The notes beneath the pieces were generated by a model. It ran no database searches, had not been told where the DNA came from, and worked only from the letters and a program-made list of their open reading frames with translations. A DNA stretch of 64,000 nt from Hyphochytrium catenoides. Lineage: Eukaryota; Protista; Hyphochytriomycota. The DNA lies in assembly GCA_900088475.1 (NCBI GenBank), contig FLMG01002540.1:1-64000 (forward strand), read 5' to 3'. This document shows positions 38,445-51,300 of the stretch, piece after piece (positions within the stretch are counted from its first letter, which is position 1; each line of letters begins with the position of its first letter). Both the position numbers and the translations under genes were made by a program.

Positions 38445-41400
38445 ATGAGTGTAACTGGGCGGCAGCAGCGAATTCGCATTGGGAAGGGAATCTATCGGTA
38501 GGGATTTTATGTGGACAAGGCCATGTATGTGGTCCGCACTGATCCTGACCTCCTGTGTCTAGGGTTGAGGAGCAGATTGGCCGAGGTTCCTATGGCACGG
38601 TAAGGTCCCCCAATGACAACTGACGTAGTGAGAAACCTCACATAGAGTGCCGCTAGGTGCATAAAGCAGTTGATGAGGAGACTCTTGAGACTGTTGCCAT
38701 TAAGGTCATTCGTAAAGATCGCGTAAAGAAGGACCATGAGCGACGAAGCATCATGAAAGAAATTGCGACTATGAAGGTGGCGGTGGAGCAATTTGAGAAT
38801 GGCCACCCAAACATCGTCCGTCTCATCGACACCTCCATGTCGGAGAACCACATCTACATCGTGCTGGTACGTAGTAGACATGTAAAGATGGGACAATCGA
38901 GCATAGACTATCAAATTTAGGCGTAGAGCTGCCACACAAACCTCTTTTAAACCATACTAAGAGGGAAAAGGAAGAGAGACAAAGAAAAAGAAGGGAAAGG
39001 AGAGAGCTGCCACACATGGGCTTAGAACTCAAAGATAATCAGGGTTGGAGCCGAGATGGAGTTTGGAGCAATGGAGCCTGTGTTTGGTGACTGTCTAATG
39101 AAGAATCGGATGAGGGCTTACACGCTGCAGGCTCCGGGATAACTGAAAAACCTCTCTTTCTTAGGAGTACTGCGGTGGTGGTGACATCTCAAGCTATATA
39201 AAAAAACATGGCAGGCTTAACGAAGAACAGGCCAAAAAGTTCCTGTTACAGTTGGGTACGTACAGTCCATCCTGACTTGGTTCACGTCAGTTCCATTCTT
39301 GAATAGTGGGCTGAGACGTTGCATCTGTCCTGGTCCCCGGTCCTGTGGCTTTTTTTCCTTCTGTGTTTATCGACTACCTCATCGCAGCGTCCGGACTCCA
39401 GTTCCTCCGTTCCCAGAGCGTCGTTCACAGGTAGGACGGAGAGAATGTACCAAGAAACCGTATCTAAGACTAGTTCGTACGGGCGCCTACTTCTTCGTTA
39501 TTAACGCGTACGAGTGTGCGTGCTTGTGTCTTACATACCTCACTTTCCTTGACAGAGATTTGAAGCCAGCTAATCTCTTGCTATCAAGCACCGACTTGGA
39601 GGGGGCAAAGCTTAAAATAGGTAATACGTAGCTGTAGCTGTCGATCTCCCCGGCGGACCCGGATATAATTCCCTTCACTAAACTCTTGCCTTTCCCTGCA
39701 GCCGATTTTGGCTTTGCTCGAGAGCTAAAGTCGGACTCCCTCGCAGAAAGCGTGGTGGGCTCCCCTCTATATATGGTGGGTCTGAACATTAGAAGAGCAT
39801 CTTGCACATGGATTCACAACGAGTTGGACCGGCCATTGTAACGCCTTGCCTCTTCACTTCTTTTGTGACCATAGGCTCCCGAACTCCTAGAGTTCAAGAG
39901 CTACGATGCGAGGGCTGACCTATGGTCGGTGGGAATCATTCTGTACGAGATGCTGACGCGGGACCACCCCTTTCTGACAGTGGAAGGTATGTGCTTGCCA
40001 TTGACGAAAAGATTGTATCCCTACCACGGTCCCATCATTGTGTGTAATTACGACGCTTTTTGTCAGTCGAAATGGTTTTGTGACCTACATCCCACATGGC
40101 AATAACCGCCTCCTGTTTACTACGTCTACAGGTGTCCATGCAACCAATCATATGGCCCTTCGCAGAAACATCAAGCGCTACTTTGAACTGTACGGACAGC
40201 TTACTCTCCCCGCCGACGTGGAGGTCAGTGAGGCCTGCGCCCATTTGCTTGAGGTTAGTCCCATCGTCCTGAATTGGCACTTGTCACTTAGTCCTTGTTA
40301 TTCTTCGATAACCGCAGTCTGCTTGCTCGGGTGATAGTAAGGCATTCATGCCCTCCCCATTTGAAATGGCAATGGCTGCATTACAGCTCCTTATGTATGC
40401 ATGACTCGGTCAATACGCGACTTCCATAAAGCATGGTTGAGCATGTTGGCATTCAAGCCTCCTTTTCTCTTTGTCGGGCCAGGATGGGAGACCCATCCGA
40501 GCCTATCTATTTCCCACTTTCTAACGTTACTGAAATCTCTCGATTGTCTAGGGTCTGGTACGGTCTGACCCCAAGAGAAGACTGAGCTTCGAAGACTTCT
40601 TCAGTGATCCGTTCTTACTCCCACCTCGCCCAGAACCGGACGAGCTAGCGCGTACAGCAGTTTCTGACTCTCCACCTTCCCAGTCAATGCCCACAGTGCC
40701 TGAGGACGAAGGTACGTGGAACGATGTGACCATAATTGATAGTAGACAATATCGTCTGGCGGAGCGAAGTTCAAATCCCCTTTTGTCTCTACACATAAAC
40801 TCCTTCCTGTCCATTGGCAAGGCCGCGTTACCTGTCTCTTTCCCACTTTCCTACTGAGCGTTGAGGCTTTCGAGCTCCATACGCAAATTATTCCCAAGCC
40901 AGAACACCCATTTCAAGTTATTAGTTCTTGCGGTTCTTGATGTAGCCACCCGTTCCTTTGGCCTCAGAGGGTTTCTGCTCACCTACTTTTCCTTTCTCTG
41001 CAGAACTGGAGATGAGCGATGACTTTGTCTTTGTTGATGACGAAGAGAACGCCGCTTTTCCCAGCCACCAAGAGAGCCAGGTCATCGATGTAGGTCCGGG
41101 CGTGACAGGAGATGTTGATGGCCATGGGACCAACGAAGGTTCCGCTTCAGGAACTTCATCCTCTCTCCACAGCGAAAGGCGAAGAGTCAATTCTGACGAG
41201 TCACTACCTTTTGAAGAGGATACTCAGCCACTGAGCCCTTATGCAAACAACGAAGGAGCAGGAGATTCTCTGAAGCAGCGCGATGCTGTTTGGAGCACAG
41301 GACTGGGTGGCAAGGACAAGAACACCACCCTTCTCCAGACCGCATCGCAACCCCCGACAACTTCTAAGGTTGAATCCTGTAGTGGCGGAACGACCAACCC

Positions 41401-43255
41401 CGAGATGGGTATAGGACTTCTTTCCTTAAACAGTATTCCATCTTCTATACCCTCTTCCATGGACCGCGATTTTAATGGAACTCGCTCGAAGATATCACAA
41501 ATGATTGATGATTGGGCAATCTCTTTCAAAAGGTAACTCTATGGTATCTGCTTTCATCTGTCTTTCCGTCTCTATCTTCTCCCGAGTGCTGCACTTAGAG
41601 TATCTATTAAGGACCCAAAAGAATTGTCCTTGCCGCGTTTGCCGTCTGCCTGATTGCGCCTCCTTTTGCATGGCATTTCCTCTATGCTTTCACATTCACT
41701 CTGTTACTCTCTAATAGCGTTATTTGTAAGACCCATGGTATTTGCTGCTGACCTCTTTACTATGCTAGTTTCCGGGTAGGCTCTCTGGGGCTGTTTGTTC
41801 CTACCCCGGCAGGGGATTATTTAGCTTTCCATGAGCACTGCCCGCATTATTATCTGTCAAGAGAGTCGATAGAGGCAGCCTCACAAGGGTCCACGTAAGC
41901 CAAGAGAAGCTCTTAGTTCTTCTGTTTAACATTTTACGAACGTAACGTGTCTATGTCGCTGGTTCGCTGCTTTATTTGTCCAGACGCCCTCCGTACGTGC
42001 TAGGAGTCATTGTCTTCGTGGAGGACCGGACGGCCACTGAGGTAGTCATGTACTGGCAAGAGTCATTGGAGTTTTTGTCCCTTGCGTCGTTCATAGCTGC
42101 TTTACAGCTCTTTTGTCAGTTGCTGTGAGGATTGGCTCTGCGTCCTTTTGCTCTTACACCCCCAAGCCTTCTCTTCGTTGTCTCCACGACGCTGGTCTGT
42201 ACTTGGATTGTGATGCTGGGATTTACTTGCGGAAATGTTCATTTTTATTGACATTCACAAATATCGCGCGCTGCTTGTGTTCTTTTGTTCTAATGCTGTT
42301 CCCTGCGCGACAGGCTGATAATCCCTTTAAACTTCGCGCCGGCACTTTGTACCATATCGTCACCGTCAGTCTAATCTCCCCTAATGCCGACACAACGCCC
42401 CCGGCCCTCACTTCCTTCAGACGAAGAATGGTAGAGCCAAAAATAGCCTTTCGAGGGTAAGCATGTCAGGTCCTTGGCCACAACGCTCTCAGGCTTTGTT
42501 GTCATCCCTTTTGCCATGGTTGCGGAGCCAAACAGTCTTCTTGTAGTTTGTCTTCTACTCGTTTGCTTAGCCTCGAGCTTGGATTACACGGTTATTGCGC
42601 TCTCTCATTGTAGGAAGCCGTTCTTTTGGAGGGGGAAGGGGTTTCTGGGCGATTCTTCATCTCCTTGTTAGCGGATGATTGGACTTAGACGCTAAGTAAC
42701 TTCTCGTGCCCTGCCGCCATATTCTTAGGTTTGAGGTGGGCGATGTTGCACTCTTTTTCCAGACTCCAGTACCCAGCCAATACGTGGCTTTCAATGAGGG
42801 CTGTCCCCACTACTTCTTGTCCGAGGAAAGTGTAGAGGCTGCACAGGATGGAGAAAGGTATGGGTCGCCTCTTCCCTTCAGCTGTGATTGGTCTGCCGTA
42901 GTTTCCTCTATCTGTCCTAGAGTTCTCATGTCGTCGAGTAAGAGGGGTCTAGGTTGGCCCAATATGCTCAATCGTATTGCTCCTACCATTTGTTCTCCTT
43001 TTGCCTGCAGCGACTTTCCCGCCTACATCTGTGGCGAGATTATATTTATGGATGAGAGGGTAGCAGCAGAGGTAAGCTACTTATTTGCTGTTTTGCCGCG
43101 ACTTGGGCACTATTGGCAGCTAGTCTCCCAACCGTACCTATGGATGAATTACTCACTATTCTGCAAACGCACTTATTTAGGGCGATAACCCATTCAACCT
43201 TCCACTTCAAACCGTTTACCACGTGGCGACTGTTGCTTCACCAAAGCGCAGATAA
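38445..43255 (+). CDS. ATG1: ATG1/ULK-family kinase fused to two C-terminal Atg11/FIP200 Claw-like domains; multi-exon
   Basis: Kinase: [105 protein letters not shown]-like DDFVFV. Then two repeats of ISF/IAF-F.VG..LF.PT...Y.AF...CPHY.LS.ES...Y..G.I.F...DNPF.L...T.YH..TV. Stop TAA 43253-43255. Confidence 0.88.
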
Positions 43256-43466
43256 TCTACAAAGATAGGCTTTGAGGGACGTCCCTTCCCTCAGTCTAAA
43301 AATGTATATTAGTTAATTTTAACTACGCCAGAACCCTAAGCGCCCGCTGTTCAATAGTGTTTGGTCTTACAAGGCAATGGATCTTACTGCTATCTTGCGC
43401 TTTCTAGGACCCTTCCTCTTGCACTTTGACGTTCTGGCTCCTTGTCCTATCGGTTCGCAGCGCTTA

Positions 43467-46400
43467 TTAACACGTAACATGTCGCTGGACAGCCTTCATA
43501 ATCTCTCCTCTCTGCAAGAGTAAGAGAGCTGCCTGTATGTCTGGGGCCATATAGCGGTCGCAGTCCCAGAATGGAATCTGAACAGGCAGAGACAAAGGAG
43601 GCGCCATGAGGCCAAAGTAACAAACTGCAATAACCAATAGGAGGGAATGAATGGAATTGACCCACGAAATCATACCAATCTATCAAATGCAAATGATGAA
43701 GGCGCTAGGGCGGGACCGAAGGTCATGTGAAGTATATGGCACTTGCAATTAAAGTGAGATGGCATAGTCAATCTCTCAGAACTTGTACCTTCTCTCGCAC
43801 AACCCCAATGACCTCCTCCAGAGGCCTTGTCGTCTTTAATGGTCGCTGGAGGTCAATACCCTGGCAGGCGGCTAGCAGCTCAATAGCAACAACCTGAAGA
43901 GTAAATTCATTTGTCTGTTAGTTCCGTCCCTCTCATTTCCCAGAGTTCTTTTTCTGTCTCCGCTTTCTTCTAATCAGACAACGCCAAAACTCTCGGACAT
44001 CTATAAGCTTCCCTCATATCCTCAGGCATGGATAAGAAGCAAGGCCACTGACCGTCTCTACATGTTCCACGACCTTCAAAGCCTTTCTTGCTGCCCAGCC
44101 TCCCATTGAGACATGGTCCTCCTTCGCAGCGCTAGTAGATATGGAGTCTATGGACGCTGGGTGGCAAAGTACCTGTTCAACGACAAAAGATAGTTAACTC
44201 CTTTCCTGATCGCGCATTTACCTCCTTTGACTGTCACGCTCTATATTTAAGCATTGTGAAACCTCATTCCTCCTTTGCGACCTTCCCTTTCGTCCTTCTC
44301 GTGTCAGGAGAGATGGGATTACCCTCCGATCCCCTTGCTGCCAATACTAGGAACCCTCTCCCTTTCTTTTCTTGGACTGATGTCGTGATACAAGCCGCTA
44401 TCTGTGGTTACCTTGTTCTCTGATACCAATGCCGCAGCCGTACAATGTGCAATCATGAACCCAGAGTTTAATCCTCCTGCCGGCACCAGGAAAGCAGGTA
44501 GTCCACTAAGTTGTGGGTTGCAGAGCCTTTCTATTCTTCTTTCGCTTATATTGGCGATCTCTGAGATCGCAATAGCCAGATAATCACACGCTTTGGCAGG
44601 ATACTCCCCATGGAAGTTCCCTCCAGATAGAGTGAAGCCAGATGGGGAGAACGGGAAGGAGTCTATTGGAGGAGGGGAGACTAAGGTGGCTTCATCACCA
44701 TCCTCTCCATCCTCTGGCCCTAGGAAGACCATTGGGTTGTCTGTGGCGCTATTCATCTCTGTTTGAATAATTCCTCGTACGAAGCGGAGGGTATCATGGG
44801 TCACGCCGTGTACCTGAGGAGAGCAGCGAAGAGTGTACGAATCTTGGACCTGATACAAACCGGATAGACGACGTAAGTTAAGATACACATAGACCGCGGC
44901 ACGAAGATGGTCCAGACTAAGTGCAGAACGATACGGAGTCATGTCTTTGGAATACCATGCATAGGTGTTGTCACTACCATGGGATCTCAAAAGTCAAAAG
45001 GGCCGAAAAGGTCCATGGCCTATAACCTATGCCATTCAGTTTGATCATGCCTTACCCTTGAACAATTAAAATGGCTGTGCGCGATTTCGCTTCGGTGCTG
45101 ATTTGAGTGTAAAACTGCCCTCATTCTTCCTGCAGCTTCCCCTTGCCCTTTATGAGGACGCGCGTCGTGAATTCTAGGATGCATGGCTCTGACTGTCCCT
45201 TTTAAGGCTTCTAGGGTAAGGGCAGTGACTATGTCAGCCTGAGACAGAGAGTTGCATGTGTAAGCCACTGATTGATCTCAACCTTTAGGAGCTGGTTTAA
45301 AGAGCTGGTAGAAGTAGGATGGCGACATACATAACAGCCAGCGTAGATACAGAGGAACCAGGAAATTGGTCGACCTAGAGGTTTCCAGGATCGTGTCGTA
45401 TACTCCAAGGTAAACGTGTAACCATCTACAGACGATTATTGTTACCTGTTTTGCAATATTTTCTGCCCTTACTAGAGCCTCTGCAGCTAGAGCCGTGATG
45501 AGCTGCGTCCCATTGATCATGGCCAGCCCTGAAGTAAGGGACAGTACCAATGCACAAGCTTTAGGTGAGATAGACCGACGTGATGAGGTACGAGCACTGA
45601 GTAAAGGAGGTAAGCCAGGGCGATGACAATCTTTTAAGAAAGAGATAGACACCATGTGAACTAAAGCTTTCAAGATCTGCCACTGGATTACTAACATTAC
45701 CTTCCTTAGCTTCCAGCTGTATCGGAGTCAACCCATTCTCACTCAGCACCGTTGCAGCGCTTCTCTTCTTCCCCTCCGGGTCCCACATCTCACCCATTCC
45801 CATAAGACCCAAGGCTAAGTGGGAGAGAGGAGCCAAATCACCTACGCATTTTTTGAGGAGAGGCATAAGAAATGGCAAGCCTGAAGGCATACAAGGGACT
45901 AATTGGCCCAGAGAGGACTTGAAAGCAAATAGCGCTCTCTACGTCGACGAGGCATGTTTAACAACAAGTACCGTCCTACAAGGAGCCGGTGAGTGTCCGG
46001 TGACCGTTCGACAAGAAACCGGTGAGTGTACTTAGTATCAGGGCAAATGGGCCTAGTCCTTCTATTCTTTCAAAACCCTCACCAGAAGCACCGACAGTCC
46101 CTTGCTCGGGAACGACCGAGAGGCAGTTCGCGTTAAAGGCGTCGATGATCTGTCGTAAGGTCTGGAGCCGGATGCCTGAATGGCCCTTGCACAAAATGTT
46201 GGCACGCAGAGCGAGCAACATGCGGGTGCGAGGTATCGAGAGCGGTGCTCCAACACCTGTAACGTAAGTATGGGTCAACCTGACGCTTGAACCGCAAAAG
46301 GGAACACAGATCAGTGCAAATGTCGCCACAGGGAGAATATAGGTGGAGATCCAACGAGAAGGAAATAAGAAAAGGGGGATGAATACTTTAAACTTTTGTT

Positions 46401-47120
46401 CTGACCTGATGAGTGGGAGATGATAAGGTTCCGCTGCAGCTCCGCCAGCTGTGAGATGACCACATAGACAAAAGGAACAGAGGGGAAAATCAGAATTTCC
46501 AAAGACTGTAGGACAAGAGATGCTATAGAGCTACAAGCTAAAGAAAGACCATGTAGAAGTGATTTCTCAGAATGCACAAGGAAAGGGGTTAAGGAAAAGA
46601 GGCTGAAGCGACGGAGCGACGGACAAAGCTGGCAAGACGAATCTAAGGAGAGGGGGGATCAAGACAAGAGACCAAGGGAGACAGGCAGTAAAGTATAGAC
46701 ATCTACTTAGACAAACCTTGTCTCTTGCAATGACGACATTGCTGAAAGACCCAAAGCCGGTATTGATGCCATATACCACTCGATTGCTCTGAAGAATCTC
46801 CTCGATAACCTTCCTGCTTGCCTCCACACGAATCTGACCATGAAAAGTGAGCTTTAAGGTTGTCTTCTCATAGCGTTTCTTGAAGTCTCTCTTCTCTTGG
46901 TCATTGCTTACTCCCGGACCCTCTCACCTCCTTCATTTGCTCCTTTCCGCACTGCCTCTATTCGTTTCTGCCTCCCAAATTGTCTCTAGATACTGTGTAG
47001 ATGTGTTTTTACCTCTGCTTCTGGACTAATCCTTAGCTTCACTGATCCAGTTGAGAGTAGGACCAGGTCCTCAGGGCTGAGGTTGTCCCCATCAAGTTCA
47101 ATGTACCTTACTTCCGACAT
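43467..47120 (-). CDS. HAL: Histidine ammonia-lyase (histidase), multi-exon
   Basis: [52 protein letters not shown] (MIO-forming ASG), [62 protein letters not shown]. Confidence 0.96.
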
Positions 47121-48370
47121 TGCGCGTGTGACAAGATAGCTTTCACAAGAGAGAAAGCGGCAGGCGAGGATAAGGTTGAAAGGAGCGAAGGGAAGAGAGG
47201 ACAGCTGGAGAAAGCTAGCGTATTTGGGACAGGCTAAAGTAGCGTGGCGATGGCCATTGGCAACCTAGGAACAAAGATGTCAAGTGAAGAGAGCCACCGA
47301 ATGCTAGGCCGTTGTGTCCTTCCTTCTTCCCGCCAGCCCAGCCAGCGCTCGACAGCTACTAGTCCTAGTCCTTGCTTGGCATCGCAGCAGGATGCACCAG
47401 AAAGAGGCAGAGGCGGGGGCTAGCCGGAGAGGGCAGGGTTGGCCGCAGAGAGAGAGAGAGAGAGGAGGCAGTAGGAAGCGGGAGGAGACCGTAGCAGAAA
47501 GTTCCCCACCATAGAACTGCAGGGTGATTACCTTCCTCTCTCTTCGCTCTCTTCTTGTATCCCGCATATCTCTATTAACTCTAGCTCGATTGTATTGCGT
47601 ATAAAATCATTATATACCTAGATCTCATGTGAATCTGTCTCAATCCGGCCTATCTCTCGTGCTCTCGGTCACTGTACCTCGTCCCTCAGTTTGTCTACCC
47701 ACCAGAAAGACGAAAGCAACTTCAACTTGACAAGCATCAAGGTGATTACCATTACTCCTTGATTTCATGAAGGATCACTTTACAGATAATCTGACAGCTT
47801 TGATTCTATATGAGAACGATTATAAAGTGACTTAGATCCTTGTAGTAATCGCTATTGGTTGAGCGTAGCGATTATCAGCCGCAAGAGTCTGCTTCATTCT
47901 GATGTCCGAAGGCGATTACAAGGAGTTGTGAGGGACGAAAGAGAGAGAGAGACACAGAGACAGAGACAGAGAGGAGAGAGAGAGACAGAAGGAGACAGAG
48001 AGAGACAGAGACAGAGACAGAAAGAGAGAGAAAGAGAGAGTGAGAGACAGACAGCAGACCGACAGACAGCACAGACAGAGAGGAGACAGAGAAGAGTGAA
48101 AGGAAGAATGGGGAGGTGGGGAAAGAGAGAGAGGATGCGAGACAGAGGGTGAAAGAAAGAAGGTGTGGGCAAAGAGAGAGCTTGCAGCTTGTCAGAATTC
48201 CCAGGTCACTTGAGCCTTCAGAAATCTGTTTGTCGCTTCAGAAAGAGCCCCAAGCGAAAGTGATCTTCCATTGCTTCTCACTTTTCTTCCTTTCTCGTTG
48301 CCGTGAAAGGAAACTATTGACGGGATACTGTCAGTCGCTTGCCATCCTTCTTCTCTTTGAAAGCTAAGAG
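47121..48370. promoter_or_regulatory. Putative bidirectional promoter between HAL and urocanate hydratase
   Basis: 1250-bp spacer between divergent ATGs (47120 on minus, 48371 on plus). Its core (47520-47920) has clustered GATTAY motifs and inverted repeats. Confidence 0.55.
47940..48150 (+). repeat. (GA)n/(GAGACA)n purine-rich microsatellite
   Basis: agagagagagagacacagagacagagacagagaggagagagagagacag... tract. Confidence 0.85.
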
Positions 48371-51300
48371 ATGGCTACTGCTACCACCACCACGACGATG
48401 ACACGCAGCCAGCTGGCTTCTCTGTCGGAGTTGCGGCGTCCTGACCTAAGTGTCTTGAGAAGGGGCCTTCCAAGCGATCTTCCTCCACCCCCACGCCTGG
48501 AGAATGAAGGGGATGTCCCGCATGCCCCTAGGAGACCTATCAAGCTTTCCAAAAAAGAGTTCAAGGTACTGCACGAAACAAGAAGAAGAGTAGCGTAGGC
48601 AGAGGAAAGAGGTTATATGGAAAGGGGCCCTAAGGAATCGCAAGCCTTCAGCGTGCCCGTAGGGAATAAGGAGAGCAAGATGGAGAGAGACATGAACGTG
48701 GGGAGCGAGGTACAGTCCTAAAGAGAGAAGAGATATTCGTCTACAGCGAAGAGACAAGAGTACGGGCGATGGACTGTGACTGCTTCTGGCGAGCTAAAGC
48801 TTGTTGGCCTTTGCCTTGCTATACGTTCAGCTTGCATTGAAGAATGCTCTTCGTTACTTCCCGGAGGAATGGCACCAGGAGCTCGCGCTGGAGTTTGCTG
48901 ACGAGCTGGAGAGATTCGGGCACATCTATATGCACAGGTCTGTTGGGATGGCTACTAGCGCATTATGAGGGTCAACATGGAAGGACGGCACTTTGTAACC
49001 TTAAGTAAGGGGTAAACGTCGATGGCAGAGAGGGTTAAGGGCCAGAGAGAGGCCAAACTGTAGGAAGAGCCCAGATGTACCACGGAGTGTAGTTCACGGT
49101 GCCCGCTTGGCATGGGCTGGTCTGTACAGGTTCCGCCCTCAGGAGTACGAGATGCGCGCCTATCCTATAGATCTATATCCGGCCAGAACCAGACAGGCAG
49201 CAGCCATAATGATGATGATTATGGTACGACGCTATGCTTCAGGTTCCCCTTTTTTGAACGTTACTCACGTGCTTCCTTTGGCGGTAACCTTAAGGTTGGA
49301 CACTCCAAAAATAACTTCTATCTTGTCGCGATATGTCTTCTTTGACCATGGGTGTGATCTACCTTGGCTGGAACCCAGCACTTGTTCTCTGTCATGTTCG
49401 CAAGTTCTGGATCCTTCTCACAGTCTTCCAAGAAACATTGGATCTTCAAGTCTAATATTATCGTAATGTCCCAGAACAACCTCGATCCTCGAGTTGCACA
49501 ATTTCCCCATGAGTTGATCACCTATGGAGGGAACGGATCCGTCTTTCAAAACTGGGCGCAATACTTGCTGACAATGAGGTTTCTTTCAGAGATGGAGGAG
49601 GACCAGACCCTGGTAATGTACTCAGGCCATCCGCTTGGGCTATTTCCCTCAACGCCGAATGGGCCCAGGTAGAATAATAGTCTTACACTTTCTCCCTGTC
49701 CTGACTCCCATTTGGGTCTACAAAGAGTATGCTTAACCCTATGCTAATGTCACTCCCTTGGACTGAATGTCTACATCTAGACGGCCGTTCACGGCCCGGC
49801 GTGATGCTTGCCCTCTTCAATGTACCGGTTTTTTATGACCCCTTACTGGCAGCTCAGGAGTTACTCTTTTTTAAATCTAAAGTCTTTCTTCTTCGTGCCT
49901 TCGTTAACGGCAATATATTATTCTCCCGCCCTTTACCTTGTAGGGTCGTGGTGACAAACGGCCTTGTAATCCCGAATTACTCTTCTCGAGAGATGTATGA
50001 GCGACTGTACGCCCTTGGTAATTCCCAGTATGGACAGATGACGGCAGGGAGCTATTGTTACATAGGTGAGTCATGAAACATGGGTGTCCTGCTAATAGGA
50101 CGGTGGATCATGACCATTTGGACGGTGGCAAGGGTGGAGAATTAGCTAAAATATGAGCTTTATTATCTTACTAAGCATTTTTTAGGTCCACAAGGCATTG
50201 TACATGGCACGACCATCACGGTACTGAACGCTGGTCGGAAATATCTGGGGGCAGAGGAGCTGGCAGGGGTGGTCTATGTCTCATCTGGTCTAGGAGGAAT
50301 GAGTGGTGCTCAGCCGAAAGCTGGCGTGATTGCGGGAATGATATCTGTTACTGCAGAGGTAGTGCTTCCTGCTTACTCCTCTACTTCTCTAAATCAGAGG
50401 AAGATGTGTCTTATCTGCGTCTTCGAGCCTTCATACCTGACAGTGACGTGACGCCGAAGCTCGTTCAGCCTTCTTCAGGCACTCACGCCTATCCGCACTA
50501 AGTGTCACACCTGATCCCTTTCACTAACCGCCTACAATTGATGTAAGTAACTCTCCGAGACCCTCCTCTCATACTCCTCCTGTAGGTTGATGAAGCTGCA
50601 GTGGTGAAGAGACACAATCAAGGCTGGGTCAATGAGGTTGTGCGGGGAGTTGACAAGTGCATAGATAGGATTCGACGGTGAGGAGTCTTCTTTCCTATCA
50701 TCTTTAGACAAACAAATGATCTTGCCCACCCCCTTGGCCTCCATTTGCTCATCCGTTGCTGCAGTGCAAGGGAAGAAAAGATATCCGTAAGCATCGCCTT
50801 CCATGGAAACGTGGTGGAGCTGTGGGAGAGGTAAGCTACCTTCCTGATCTGTCATCCGTCATGCTTTCCTTGGCGTTCTGTATCTGTTTGTTGCTATTAG
50901 TACTTTAGCTATCTTACTCTTTTCGATTGACACAATAGATGATGTTCGCTTAGAGATACTTCTATGTACTCTGCGGGTAAGACTGAAGTAGCTGCCACTT
51001 ACTAGGCTCGCGGAAAAAGCGGAGGAGGGAGAGATGCTAGTGGAGCTCGGCTCCGATCAGACTTCTCTACATAACCCCTACACAGGAGGATACTACCCTG
51101 TGCAACTTTCATTTGATGAGGCAAGAAGGATGATGGTAGAGGTAAGGTACCGACGTTGGATAGAGAGTGGATAACGGGAGGGCGGCATGTTGAGAGACAA
51201 GTGAGGAGCACTTTGTGGGGAAAGTAGGTGCGCGAAACTCGAACGAGAGAGAGTTGGTTTACTTCACCTGACATAGGTGAGCTAATGAAGGGATGGGTGC

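Noticed and set aside
47859-48172. ORFs rich in RE/RQ or SL/CL repeats
   Set aside because: Translations of the GA/GAGACA microsatellite, not genes.
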